Part shown: positions 1-17,800 of the stretch, one piece after another | Numbering within the stretch: position 1 is the first letter of the stretch | How the letters are laid out: each line of letters starts with the position of its first letter | From: Eledone cirrhosa | Lineage: Eukaryota | DNA: 64,000 nucleotides | Direction of reading: 5' to 3' | Assembly: GCA_964016885.1 (NCBI GenBank) | Contig: CAXHJY010000349.1 | Location: 1 to 64,000, forward strand | Made by a program: the position numbers and the translations under genes | Notes under the pieces: model-generated | The model's input: the letters and a program-made list of their open reading frames with translations, nothing else | Told to the model about the DNA's origin: nothing | Databases searched by the model: none

Positions 1-542
1 AACGAGTGTGACTTTTTAGTCGAGCCAGCGACTTGAAAACTCTGGTACAAACACTACACTTGTGACAATTACTGACACATAGTGCTGGGCCCATGGTACC
101 ATGTGACGACAAGTGCAGAGAGATCTCCAGATATAAAGCAATGCCTGTGCCGTGAAGCTTTTATAGTGAGCAAAGGCACTGCACAAAGCCAGTCCCACTC
201 TCTTAACCAAGATGATATTTACCAAAAAGAAGAACAAGTCAACATCATTGGATACCATCAGGGTTGCAGGTGTTATATCAGAGTTTTCCTTCTCCTAGAA
301 TTCTGCCTTGACAAAGGCTAAGGTGTCATCTCTCCCGGTGATTTTGGATGGCCATTGACTCTTAAGAGCTCCTTTGCCCTTTGACAGGTTTTGTTTTTAG
401 TCCTGCAGGATGTCCAAAGTCACCCTCCTCACCAAGAAACCTTGGTGGGGTTGCCAGTTTAGTCGCCAACGACCCGACCATGGGACAGGTTGTACTGGGA
501 TACATGTTACCAGTAGCACCATACATATATATATATACATAC

Positions 543-615
<73 letters not shown>

Positions 616-929
616 CGGATTAACAAATAATAGTTAAATGCAGTCCACTTAGGTAAAGTCCAGTTATGGTATTCCAGGTAGTGGATGATATTAACGCTTG
701 GCTTGGTTTGACTCAACAAGGCGTTTTCATAGTGATGCTGCGGGTATGCTGTAATTCCTATGTTGTAAACACTTGGAGTAATAATAAATCAGGAATGAAG
801 GTTTACATGGTTTGCTATACAAAAAAGTTTTTAATCACATAGCTTACATTTGTTTCACTGAACTGGTATGTCTAGAGATCGCTACCCGCTCCATTTTGCG
901 TTGCCTGTGTATTTTCTTCATTCTCGCAT

Positions 930-1035
930 GCTCCGAAGATCTGACTGGTTATAATTCTGTATTGGCGATCGAGTAACGCAAAATTAAGCGGATAGCGATC
1001 TCTAGACATACCAGTTCAGTGAAACAAATGTAAGC
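930..1035 (+). ncRNA. HHR-like motif with CCGAAGA (U4C) core and long stem II insert
   Basis: GCT-CCGAAGA-TCTGACTGG...CCAGTTCAGT-GAAAC(AAAT)GTA-AGC. The 3' half is repeated inverted at about 840-870. Confidence 0.55.
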
Positions 1036-1087
1036 TATGTGATTAAAAACTTTTTTGTATAGCAAACCATGTAAACCTTCATTCCTG

Positions 1088-1132
<45 letters not shown>

Positions 1133-1229
1133 TTTATATATATATACATATATATATATATATACATATATATACATACATATATATATATATAAACATA
1201 CACACATATATATATATATATATATACAT

Positions 1230-1315
<86 letters not shown>

Positions 1316-1347
1316 GCATACATATATATATATATATATATATATGT

Positions 1348-1376
<29 letters not shown>

Positions 1377-1382
<6 letters not shown>

Positions 1383-1907
1383 TAAATAAAAGTCAAATGA
1401 TTAAAATTTAGCTTCGCTTATTACTGCTATATATATTTCAGTGACAGCCATCTTTGGCTGTGACCTCTTCAGGCAGTTTGAATTAGTATGGTATAGACAA
1501 GTACATATGTTGTTTAGGTGTATGATATTGTCAATACTCTGATATGCCCAGTTCCTTGTTGGGTTGTTAATTCACTGGGGAACTGGAGTCATATGACTCC
1601 AGTTCCCCAGTGAATTAACAACCCAACAAGGAACTGGGCATATCAGAGTATTGACAATATCATACACCTAAACAACATATGTACTTGTCTATACCATACT
1701 AATTCAAACTGCCTGAAGAGGTCACAGCCAAAGATGGCTGTCACTGAAATATATATAGCAGTAATAAGCGAAGCTAAATTTTAATCATTTGACTTTTATT
1801 TAACTTTATTTTACACTACTCCGGAGTAACCAAACCAACCTGCGCACTTCGTCGAGTGCTCCAGCCTGCATACTGAGGTGTTGGTATACAACCAACATAA
1901 ACTCAAT
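1377..1907. repeat. Fold-back palindrome of the family A pLTR (arms about 215 bp, centre 1592/1593) in (TA)n
   Basis: Perfect inverted repeat around GGAGTCATATGACTCC. Confidence 0.95.
1708..1762 (+). ncRNA. Minimal type I hammerhead ribozyme, family A
   Basis: ACTGC-CTGAAGA-GGTCACAGCC(AAAGAT)GGCTGTCACT-GAA-AT(ATAT)ATA-GCAGT: 5-bp stem I, palindromic loop III, AUA site. Other copies: 1423-1477(-), 11573-11627(-, core mutated), 11858-11912(+), 12234-12288(-), 16364-16418(-), 17010-17064(+), 60864-60918(+). Confidence 0.85.
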
Positions 1908-2059
1908 ATATATATATATATATATAGATGCAGCCTCGGCAGATGAATACTGCTTGATTATGGCTGACAACTGATGCAACCAAGTCACCATAGTAAAAAC
2001 CAATATATGGAACATTATATTATGTAGCATTCTTTCATTATTTTAATTTATATTATAAA

Positions 2060-2250
2060 GGGCGGTGAATTGGCAGTATCGGTAGAGGGTCGGGCGCCAT
2101 GCTTTGCAGCACAGTTACGTCCCTTTACGGACTGAGTTTAAATCCCGCCGAGGTTAACTTTGCCTTTCATCCTTACGGGATCGATAAAATAAAGTACCAG
2201 TAATACACTGGGATAATTGCTGGCTTTGTGCCAAAAGTAGAAACAATTAT
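2060..2250 (+). mobile_element. tRNA-derived SINE (about 190 bp)
   Basis: A-box-like TGGCAGTATCGG, B-box-like GTTTAAATCC, body TTTGCCTTTCATCC..GATAAAATAAAGTACCAG; approximate TSD ATTT(T/A)AATTTATATT. Copies at 21955-22135(-), 48156-48340(-), 49100-49290(+), 35580-35772(-), 23270-23420(-), 31610-31760(-), 39808-39910(-). Confidence 0.88.
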
Positions 2251-2271
2251 TTAAATTTATATTCCTTTGAA

Positions 2272-2391
2272 GTTCCGATGAGCCGCTCTGTCTTTTAAAT
2301 ATGTTCATTATTTTCAACTGAACCAGATCAATTATGATATATAATCATCTGATCCAGAAATATCATATGGAGTAGCGAAACAATTGTAAAC
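2272..2391 (+). ncRNA. HHR-like motif with CCGATGA (U4C) core and long stem II insert
   Basis: GTT-CCGATGA-GCCGCTC...GAGTAGC-GAAAC(AATT)GTA-AAC. Confidence 0.6.
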
Positions 2392-2698
2392 GGACATTAT
2401 TATTATTAATATTATTATTATTATTCTCTACATTCCTTACATCAAACTAAAATATGTTGACAATCTTTTAATAATATCTTCCTTGTGAAATTTGCGGTCT
2501 TGTTTTGCTTAACTAATGAGTATTTCCAGCTCTGCGCACCTAACTTCTGCACGAACCCAGTCAGCTAGCTGCTTTCTACTGCATATTGCACATTGAGCGC
2601 ATGCCTTTACGCTTTGGCTTCTAACTAATTCACCAATCTCTCCACTCATATCTCCTGTCCTATCTCCATCTCTCTCTTTAAGATTGGTTATTCTTGAA

Positions 2699-2766
<68 letters not shown>

Positions 2767-2768
<2 letters not shown>

Positions 2769-2815
2769 TTCTACAAGACTAGAACTGTTTCATTCTTTAG
2801 AAATCATCAGGAATC
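2767..2815 (-). ncRNA. Type I HHR with extended stem III (head-to-head partner at 2820-2868 +; relative at 24737-24787 -)
   Basis: GATTC-CTGATGA-TTTCTAAAGAAT-GAA-ACAG(TTCTAGTC)TTGT-A-GAATC. The + copy has a perfect ACAG/CTGT stem III but core CTGATTA. Confidence 0.75.
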
Positions 2816-2951
2816 CCAGGATTCCTGATTATTTCTAAAGAATGAAACAGTTCTAGTCCTGTAGAATCTCATCTATATTAAAACTTTTATACTCTGCAAT
2901 GTATTGAGTACCTTACTTACTGTGGTTACCTCCGACTCAACCCGGAATAAC

Positions 2952-3017
<66 letters not shown>

Positions 3018-3019
<2 letters not shown>

Positions 3020-4705
3020 TAATCATGTTTTTAGAATCACTAGATATAATATATACCATTTCCTCTCCCAATTAGCATAATTAACCATATAAAAAATCAA
3101 TTAGACCAAGCTATAAGAATAAAGGCTCCTATGAAGAAATCTTAGACAAATAACCGAAAGCGGCCTCTTCGCGCTGGCCACGATGGAATATTTATCCAAC
3201 ATTTCAACAGCATGTAGAAATCGACCAGATATACAGTCAACTAAACACAATTAGGTGTAAATTCAAACTTAGAAGAAATGCGTACATACATAATTACCTC
3301 TACCATGGTTTCGTCCGTATTTTAAGACATCCAATAACAGGGAATGTCCAGAGTTTCGGACTCATCAGGAGCGAACTCAAAATTAGACATTTAATTTTCC
3401 AAAGTGATCGCGCCAAAAATAGATTCAAAAATGGCTAAGAATCGTAACGTAGCAGCGGTCAAGTTAGAAAGGATGTGATTAGTTGCTTACAGCGGGTAGG
3501 CTTGTTGCTAGAAAGCGCGGCCCAATATCGCCAAATTGTATCTCAACCTAACGGGAGATTATTACATATAAAGGTTTACATATATATAAAGTCATAGATA
3601 TATATGTTTTGCAACCGGTCACGTTGTGGCTTAATGAAGAATTAAAAAATTAAATAATCAGAGCAATACATCATAAATCATGTCTTTAGAATCACTAGAT
3701 ATAATATATATACCATTTCCTCTCCCAATTAGCATAATTAACCATATAAAAAATCAATTAGACCAAGCTATAAGAATAAAGGCTCCTATGAAGAATTCTT
3801 AGACAAATAACCGAAAGCGGCCTCTTCACGGTGGCCATGATGGAGTATTTATCCAACATTTCAACATCATGTAGAAATCGACCAGATATACAGTCAACTA
3901 AATACAATTAGGTGTAAATTCAAACTTAGAAGAAATGCGTACATACCTAATTACCTCTACCATGGTTTCGTCCGTATTTTAAGATATCCGATAACAGGGA
4001 ATGTCCAGAGTTTCGGTATAATTAGGAGCGAACTCAAAATTAGACATTTAATTTTCCAAAGTGACCGCGCCAAAAATAGATTAAAAATGGCTAAGAATCA
4101 TGACGTGGCAGCGTCAAGTTGGACTGCGCTTTCTAGCAACAAGCCTACCCACCGTAAGCAACGAATCACATCCTTTCTAACTTGACCGCTGCCACGTCAC
4201 GATTCTTTGCCATTTTTGAATCTATTTTTGGCGCGATCACTTTGGAAAATTAAATGTCTAATTTTGAGTTCGCTCCTGATGAGTCCGAAACTCTGGACAT
4301 TCCCTGTTATCGGATGTCTTAAAATACGGACGAAACCATGGTAGAGATAATTAGGTATGTACGCATTTCTACTAAGTTTGAATTTACACCTAATTGTGTT
4401 TAGTTGACTGTATATCTGGTCGATTTCTACATGCTGTTGAAATGTTGGATAAATATCCCATCGTGGCCACCGCGAAGAGGCCGCTTTCGGTTATTTGTCT
4501 AAGATTTCTTCATAGGAGCCTTTATTCTTATAGCTTGGTCTAATTGATATTTTATATGGTTAATTATGCTAAATGGGAGAGAAAATGGTATATATTATAC
4601 CTAGTGATTCTAAAGACATGATTTATGATATATTGCTCTGATTATTTAATTTATTAATTCTTCATTGAGCCACAACGTGATCGGTTGCAAAACATATATA
4701 TCTAT
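3018..4705. mobile_element. ORF-less HHR unit (about 655 bp): 1.7 tandem copies on - followed by an inverted copy on +
   Basis: 3034 matches 3689 and 3308 matches 3965; 4125-4705 is the reverse complement of the unit; flanked by TA. Confidence 0.82.
4273..4346 (+). ncRNA. Type I HHR with palindromic CATG loop III
   Basis: CTC-CTGATGA-GTCCG...CGGAC-GAAAC(CATG)GTA-GAG. Copies at 3298-3371(-) and 6522-6595(+); degenerate copy at about 3955-4028(-). Confidence 0.85.
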
Positions 4706-4706
4706 G

Positions 4707-4823
<117 letters not shown>

Positions 4824-5174
4824 TATATTATATTTGGAGTTATAAACTCAAACAGTCCTTACAATTAATTAGCTGAAAGAAAGAACCATTTCTGAGCCGT
4901 GAAAAATAAGTTAATATAAATTATAAATTAATATATGAAAACACATAAATGTTTGTATTGTAAAAGACGAACTTAGCTAGAATGAAATAAACTAATTCAA
5001 ATAAATAAATATAGTTTGCCTGTCTCGATTTAAAATAATAAATCAATAAAAACAAACCCATATTGGCAAATAGCCGTGGTACCTGGACAAATTTAAATTT
5101 CAAAATCCAAACATGTTCCGCAGATAAATCTGAACTTCAAAACCCAAATAAGTTTCGCAACGATAATATAAAAA

Positions 5175-5680
<506 letters not shown>

Positions 5681-5728
5681 TATAAAAAATAGACAAAGAA
5701 GCCTTCAATACATCAAAAGTCTTTATTA

Positions 5729-5769
5729 GCCTACAATGTTTCGTCAGATTAATAAGGACTCATCAGCGC
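5729..5769 (-). ncRNA. Minimal HHR motif in the pLTR of the 7827-11100 PLE family (copy at 7876-7916)
   Basis: GCG-CTGATGA-GTC(CTTATTAATCT)GAC-GAAAC(ATT)GTA-GGC; stem I is weak (G.G next to the core). Confidence 0.6.
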
Positions 5770-6955
5770 AATTAAACAGATAAGAAGCATTAACGGCCAG
5801 AACAAGCCAAAACTCAGAACAATAGGGAATTCATATCCATGAAAGCTTATGAGAGATATGAAGGATATGGAGGAAAAGCATGCTAAAACTAAAAGTTTGC
5901 AGTTATAAAAATAGATTATATGGCAAGAAATTGAGTAAAATGTCAAACCAACGTTGAAATTACAGTATAATACAAATAGATTAAATACAATATGGTAATA
6001 TAATATGACAATTACAATACAATATAATGGGTAATAAAGCTTAATATATGTATATAGATATATACATCCATATATATACACATTTACACAAACACATACT
6101 AACACTTAATAAGTATAAATATACTCTTTATAATATAAAATAAAAACACCATGATGGTGCGCATAAACTATACAAAAAATAAACTATACAAAAAATATGC
6201 TATACAAGAAATAATATAATAATATACTGACATCAAAAATATACAAAATTACAACATACATATCACTTAATGTCAACAAGTTGAATATAAGGTTTTACAC
6301 AGGACAAGAAAAAAATATCTTAATAAAACTAGAGTATGTTGAGAAATATATATATATATATTTCTTAACATACTCTAGTTTCTAGCAACAAGCCTACCCA
6401 CCGTAAGCAACGAATCACATCCTTTCTAACTTGACCGCTGCCACGTCACGATTCTTTGCCATTTTTGAATCTATTTTTGGCGCGATCACTTTGGAAAATT
6501 AAATGTCTAATTTTGAGTTCGCTCCTGATGAGTCCGAAACTCTGGACATTCCCTGTTATCGGATGTCTTAAAATACGGACGAAACCATGGTAGAGATAAT
6601 TAGGTATGTACGCATTTCTACTAAGTTTGAATTTACACCTAATTGTGTTTAGTTGACTGTATATCTGGTCGATTTCTACATGCTGTTGAAATGTTGGATA
6701 AATATCCCATCGTGGCCACCGCGAAGAGGCCGCTTTCGGTTATTTGTCTAAGATTTCTTCATAGGAGCCTTTATTCTTATAGCTTGGTCTAATTGATATT
6801 TTATATGGTTAATTATGCTAAATGGGAGAGAAAATGGTATATATTATACCTAGTGATTCTAAAGACATGATTTATGATATATTGCTCTGATTATTTAATT
6901 TATTAATTCTTCATTGAGCCACAACGTGATCGGTTGCAAAACATATATATCTATG

Positions 6956-7074
<119 letters not shown>

Positions 7075-7425
7075 TATATTATATTTGGAGTTATAAACTC
7101 AAACAGTCCTTACAATTAATTAGCTGAAAGAAAGAACCATTTCTGAGCCGTGAAAAATAAGTTAATATAAATTATAAATTAATATATGAAAACACATAAA
7201 TGTTTGTATTGTAAAAGACGAACTTAGCTAGAATGAAATAAACTAATTCAAATAAATAAATATAGTTTGCCTGTCTCGATTTAAAATAATAAATCAATAA
7301 AAACAAACCCATATTGGCAAATAGCCGTGGTACCTGGACAAATTTAAATTTCAAAATCCAAACATGTTCCGCAGATAAATCTGAACTTCAAAACCCAAAT
7401 AAGTTTCGCAACGATAATATAAAAA

Positions 7426-11151
<3,726 letters not shown>

Positions 11152-11154
<3 letters not shown>

Positions 11155-11481
11155 AAGGCGGGTAAAATTCCCGAGATCCATGGACGAGTTCTCTCAAGCG
11201 GTCTCTGTCCCTCATTATCGCTGCCATGTCCTGCATCTCCAACAGACCAGTGTCTGTCCTGAGGGCATCAACATACGTTAACCTTGGTCTTCCTCTTCTA
11301 GTGTGTCCATGTAGGGGCTCCCAAAGGAGTACTGAGTGCAATGTCAACTCTGTATTTGGGAGCAAAGATTGGGAATACGGAAGATGATGTGGTTGAGAGG
11401 AAGAGCAAGGCCTGGGCGGCGTGCCACAGCTTGAGATCGGTGTGGAAGTCGGACCTTCGTAGAGACCTGAAAATCCACCTC

Positions 11482-11484
<3 letters not shown>
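11152..11484 (-). mobile_element. RTE-like LINE 3' fragment with 5' inversion, in (TA)n
   Basis: 11152-11355(-): LLWEPLHGHTRRGRPRLTYVD. 11353-11484(+): YLGAKIG...RKSKAWAACHSLRSVWKS. Confidence 0.75.
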
Positions 11485-12172
<688 letters not shown>

Positions 12173-13483
12173 TGCATATATATAAAATAAAGTTAAATAA
12201 AATTCAAATGATTAAAATTTAGCTTCGTTTATTACTGCTATATATATTTCAATGACAGCCATCTTTGGCTGTGACCTCTTCAGACAGTTTGAATTAGTAT
12301 GGTATAGACAAGTACATATGTTGTTTAGGTGTATGATATTGTCAATACTCTGATATGCCCAGTTCCTTGCTGGGTTGTTAATTCACTGGGGAACTGGAGT
12401 CATATGAATTCAAACAAACGAATTTTTGTGTCACAGGTCCCCTTCTCCTCTCATTGGTCAGTTATTAGTGTTGTCATTGCTGGAGTTAGCTTAAAAATTG
12501 ATAAAATGGTAGAAGGGACAAGGTGTTGAAGGAACAAAATATCAAAAAATGTGTCAAACTTCCCATTGTTCAGTTCTGAGAGCATTCCTCAGTCAGAAGT
12601 CTATAGAATTCTTTCTGGGGTGAGGCTCCCTGTAGTGTTTATGCCTGCTATTGTTCAGTACATTTGACCTCCACCATTATTTTGGTACTGTTGTTGTTGT
12701 AGTGGTCAGCTTATACCTTGCTGCTGCTAACAATTTAGAAGTATTCAGTTTGTGTTTTCTCTTCATCCCACCCGCCACCATCGTAGTGGTGGTGGCGGGG
12801 GGGGGGGGGGGGGGCTTCTTTCATGTATATGAAGAAATATAAGGCAATAAATGAAGAAAACAGAAGATAAATAAATAATATAATAAAATAAAATAATTAA
12901 TATAATTTGTGTAATTTGAAAATAAATAAATAAATAAAGAATAAAGAATAAAGAGTAAATGAGAGATTGGTGAAAAAGTAATGATAATGTATATGGAGAA
13001 GTGAGAAATAATGTAGGATAAAGTGTGTGTGTGTGTGTGTGCTATAACCAATCTCAAGGTCAGAATATGTTGGATAGATTGGTATGATACAAGATGTTAA
13101 GATGAGATATTCAATGTGTTTGTGTTATAATCTATCTCAACTTAAAATAAATATAAGGTTATACAGTGAAGAGGGCAGAAAACAAATAACAAATTAATAA
13201 AGAGAAATCAAGATTTAAGATTGGAACTTTAAAGTCAGAAATCTGGTAAATTAAAAGTGTTTGTGTTATAGATGTTGGCCAGATTATTATGGCTGTGTCC
13301 GATTCTATCTCTAGGCTATCATGGTGTCTGCTCCGCCTGGGTTGTTCCCTATGGCTTGAGGGGAGTTCACAACCTAGGGTGTTGTAATTGTCCATATAGC
13401 TTGAGGGAGGTCTGGCCGAGAGGTGTTTTCATGTTCTGTAGAAGTCCCTATAGCTTGAGGGGAGTTCACATCTTCTTGTGCTG

Positions 13484-16161
13484 CTACTGTCCATATATTT
13501 TCAGAAAGGTCCCGGCTCTAAGGTGTCTGCATGTCCCGAAGAAGTCGGTTCTGAGGTTTATCAGGCCGCTTCCACCTCTTAGTATCTCGAGGGTCTCGTT
13601 CAGGCATAGTTTGCATATGCAAGATCCCCCTTTATCGGGTGGTACTTTCCTGATTATGTACCAGGCCAGAGAGTATGGGGTCCTGTCCAGCTTAAGCTTC
13701 CAGATCAGGTCGGAGAGAGCTGTGCTTTTCCTTTTGGCCTCCTTCTTGAATGAATGGCGATGGTTGTACCAGCGGTCCTTAAAGCTCGTTGATGTGGCTC
13801 CTATGTAGAGGTGTTCGGAGTTGGGGGTTTTAACCCTACAACCGTACACTATGTTCTTCTTGAGACATTCATTACCAAGGGGGCATGATTCGGGGTTTCT
13901 ACAGTTGCAGAGGGTGGGCGGCCTCTGCGTGCTTAGATTAGGGTTCTCATTATGTGTTACATGTTGGTCTTCCCCCATGCTCGGTGGGGGTCCTTGGGTC
14001 TGTTTGTGTTTCTTGGGTGGGCTCTGGGTCCCCCCTTCCCTCCTTTCACATGGTTCTGCTGAGTGTTTGTATTGCCATCTTCTGGTTGTGTGTGGTTTTT
14101 AAGCCTACTTCTGTTGATGCTAGCTATGTGTTGGGCCAAATTTCTCGTGGTGGAATACGAAAGCTTCACAGTGTGTCTGTTGAAGATCCTGTGGTATCTG
14201 TGGTCCCTCGGGAAGCATTTGTCAAGTGCTCCAAAGAACAATCGGGCCAAGCTTTTCTTTAGGGCCGCTGAGTAGGGTGGGTTGTACCACGTGATTTGTC
14301 GGTGTCTCCTCCTATATGTGTGGGTTGGGGGCTTCGTGATTTGTTGGAGATTTGTTGGTTTGCTGGTGGTTTCCGCACTGTTGCTTCCCTTTTGGGCTCT
14401 ATACTTTTTGTTATCTTCACGGCCCGGATTTGTGGGGTGGTTGTTGTCTGCCCCGGGAGATCCATCGTGGGGTGGTCGCCCGTTTCCTCCCCCCCACGTG
14501 TCCTGCGGTTGGGGTTGTCCGTCCTGGGGTAGTTAGCATCACGCCTGAGACTGCTACTCATATTGTGCTCCATCTCGTGGTCAAGCGCACTAGTCTCCAC
14601 CGCCCGTGTGGTGGTGTCTGGTACATGGTGCCTATTTGATTTTGCTCTGCCTGTATTGTTAGGGTTCGCCCTCCCCCCTCTGGTAACGCGGTTGTGGGTG
14701 TCTGTTGGGCTATCCACCTCCCGGCTTTTCGGACTATATGTTATATTTTGTCCATGTGCCGCCTTCTTTAGAGCTGCGTTGTAATATTCCGCGTGGTTGT
14801 TGAATATTTCCTTACTTGCGGACAGGCTAGAGATCCTGTCCGAGACACTCTTCACCACTGCCTTGGTTATGGATCTAGGGTGGTTTGATTTGGCGTTAAC
14901 ATATACTAGTTTCTCGTTGGGCTTGTGGTAGGGGTAGTATTGCTCGGTGTTCAGGTTTAGGGTGGTGTCTAGGAAGTTAACTACCTTCCTATTTGGGTCT
15001 ATTTCTATGCTGAGCCCCTGGTTCTTAAAGAAATGGCGAATACGCCTCCTCATACCCTCCAACATATTGGTGCTGTGGTCATGTACTGTGAATAGAGCAT
15101 CGTCACGATATAATCCGCCGCCCAGGCAGGGGATTTCATCTTTTATCTGCTTCAGCAGGTAGAGCCCAACCAGGTCCGTTACCTGCGCTGAGTCGCTGGA
15201 GCCCATCGTGATGTCAAAGTTATTTGGCCAATCACTCCTGGTCCACAGGTCTCCATCGAAGCGGATTAAGGTCTTTCTTGCGGCGTGGATGATGCTCACC
15301 TCCTCTCGGGTTAGGTCCGTATTGGACATCGCTAAAAATAGGGCCTTATTAAGTACTATGGGTGAGATTGAGGAGTAGTAGCTTGCGATGTCCAGTTGTA
15401 TAAAGCTGGTCCTACTTTTCTCATGCAGTATTTTGAACCATTCTATTACTTCTCTCGTGCATGACCATTGCTGTAATTTGTTTTTTTTCCGAAGCTTGGG
15501 CAAAATCCTATCTAGTATTCTTTTACTGACGATCCCTAGGTCAGATCTGGAGGGGGGCTATTAGTCTGACAGGGAGGTCGGACTCAAAGTTTGACTTGTG
15601 GTCTTTAAGGGTAATCCGCGGCTCCCTTGGTTGGTATGGGGCCGTCCTGTCCTCTATGCCGATTCTGGATATAATCCTGTAAGCTGTGGCATTGATCTCA
15701 TCCAGGGTAAATCCAGGTGTTTTTTTGTAGCACTTCCTCAGTTCCCTGAGGATTAGCTTATTGTACAGTTCAGTGTTCATGTTGTAGAGGTTGTTTGTTT
15801 TGTCAGCATGGACAAGTATTCCAGTTGTCCCTTTAAGTACTGTAATCCGGTTTCTCAGGTGTCTGAGGTACTCCTGACTTCTGGTTGGGTTTCCGGAGAA
15901 TTTGAGGTTGGATATGATGTTAATCATCTCGTTTTCAAACTCCTCCATTAGTCTGTTATGGGGGGGATTCCTCCTTGATCGAAAAAGGTACTCCATGTTT
16001 TCTGTGTTTGTAGTTTTCTACGTTCCTCTTTCGAAGTGGAACGCCTTCCATCTCATCCTACGGATGAGGGAGTCCGTACTCTTGATGAGATCACTGGTGT
16101 ATTCTCGTTTATCAGGTAGGGGGATGTTCTTCAGTGACGCTAAGGTTGCCAGTTTATCCAT
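13484..16161 (-). pseudogene. Near full-length Penelope-like element ORF (RT + C-terminal GIY-YIG endonuclease), disrupted
   Basis: ATG at 16161 (MDKLATLASLKNIPLP...IRRMRWKAFHF), in-frame TAG at 16018-16020, then ORFs 15541-15996, 14259-15503, 13957-14250 and 13484-13978 joined by frameshifts (one in the G-run near 15555). Motifs: ADKTNNLY, ITLKDHK, QLDIASYYSSI, FDITMGSSDSA, GGGLYRDD, VNFLDTTLNL, YVNAKSNHP, CNCRNPESCPLGNECL, VYGC...YIGAT, CKLCLNE, CRH. Confidence 0.93.
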
Positions 16162-16363
16162 AGTGACTTAGGTCCGCTACTGTTTGAAGCGCTCAACCCG
16201 TGTGGGAGCTAGATAGATTTTGAGTTTATGTTGGTTGTATACCAACACCTCAGTATGCAGGCTGGAGCACTCGACGAAGTGCGCAGGTTGGTTTGGTTAC
16301 TCCGGAGTAGTGTAAAATAAAGTTAAATAAAAGTCAAATGATTAAAATTTAGCTTCGTTTATT

Positions 16364-16418
16364 ACTGCTATATATATTTCAGTGACAGCCATCTTTGGCT
16401 GTGACCTCTTCAGGCAGT
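16364..16418 (-). ncRNA. Family A HHR in the pLTR upstream of the PLE ORF
   Basis: Same motif as 1708-1762; predicted cleavage at 16369/16368, 207 nt upstream of the ATG at 16161. Confidence 0.85.
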
Positions 16419-17212
16419 TTGAATTAGTATGGTATAGACAAGTACATATGTTGTTTAGGTGTATGATATTGTCAATACTCTGATATGCCCAGTTCCCCCC
16501 CGCCACCACCACTACGATGGTGGCGGGTGGGATGAAGAGAAAACACAAACTGAATACTTCTAAATTGTTAGCAGCAGCAAGGTATAAGCTGACCACTACA
16601 ACAACAACAGTACCAAAATAATGGTGGAGGTCAAATGTACTGAACAATAGCAGGCATAAACACTACAGGGAGCCTCACCCCAGAAAGAATTCTATAGACT
16701 TCTGACTGAGGAATGCTCTCAGAACTGAACAATGGGAAGTTTGACACATTCTTTGATATTTTGTTCCTTCAACACCTTGTCCCTTCTACCATTTTATCAA
16801 TTTTTAAGCTAACTCCAGCAATGACAACACTAATAACTGACCAATGAGAGGAGAAGGGGACCTGTGACACAAAAATTCGTTTGTTTGAATTCATATGACT
16901 CCAGTTCCCCAGTGAATTAACAACCCAGCAAGGAACTGGGCATATCAGAGTATTGACAATATCATACACCTAAACAACATATGTACTTGTCTATACCATA
17001 CTAATTCAAACTGCCTGAAGAGGTCACAGCCAAAGATGGCTGTCACTGAAATATATATAGCAGTAATAAACGAAGCTAAATTTTAATCATTTGACTTTTA
17101 TTTAACTTTATTTTACACTACTCCGGAGTAACCAAACCAACCTGCGCACTTCGTCGAGTGCTCCAGCCTGCATACTGAGGTGTTGGTATACAACCAACAT
17201 AAACTCAAAATC

Positions 17213-17333
<121 letters not shown>

Positions 17334-17336
17334 GTA

Positions 17337-17447
<111 letters not shown>

Positions 17448-17468
17448 GTATATATGTATATGTATATA

Positions 17469-17578
<110 letters not shown>

Positions 17579-17800
17579 AGACGTAAAATAAGAAAATTAT
17601 AAAATTAACTTACTTACTAAAATATTTTAGTAAGTAAGTTAATTTTATAATTTTCTTATTTTACGTCTCTCATATTATTGTTCTGCAACCCCATGCATTG
17701 AACCACAAAGTTACTAAGACAAAACCTATATATTTGCTAGCATTGATATGCATCTGTATGTATATATATGTTACTAGATATTAATTCTTTATATATATAT

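Noticed and set aside
1-520. GC-richer block resembling an RTE 5' region on the minus strand
   Set aside because: Only a short motif impression (GGAGAAGGAAAACTCTGA); no ORF or second copy in the window to support it.
13272-15162. Plus-strand ORFs overlapping the PLE ORF
   Set aside because: Antisense shadows of a GC-richer coding region with no recognisable motifs.
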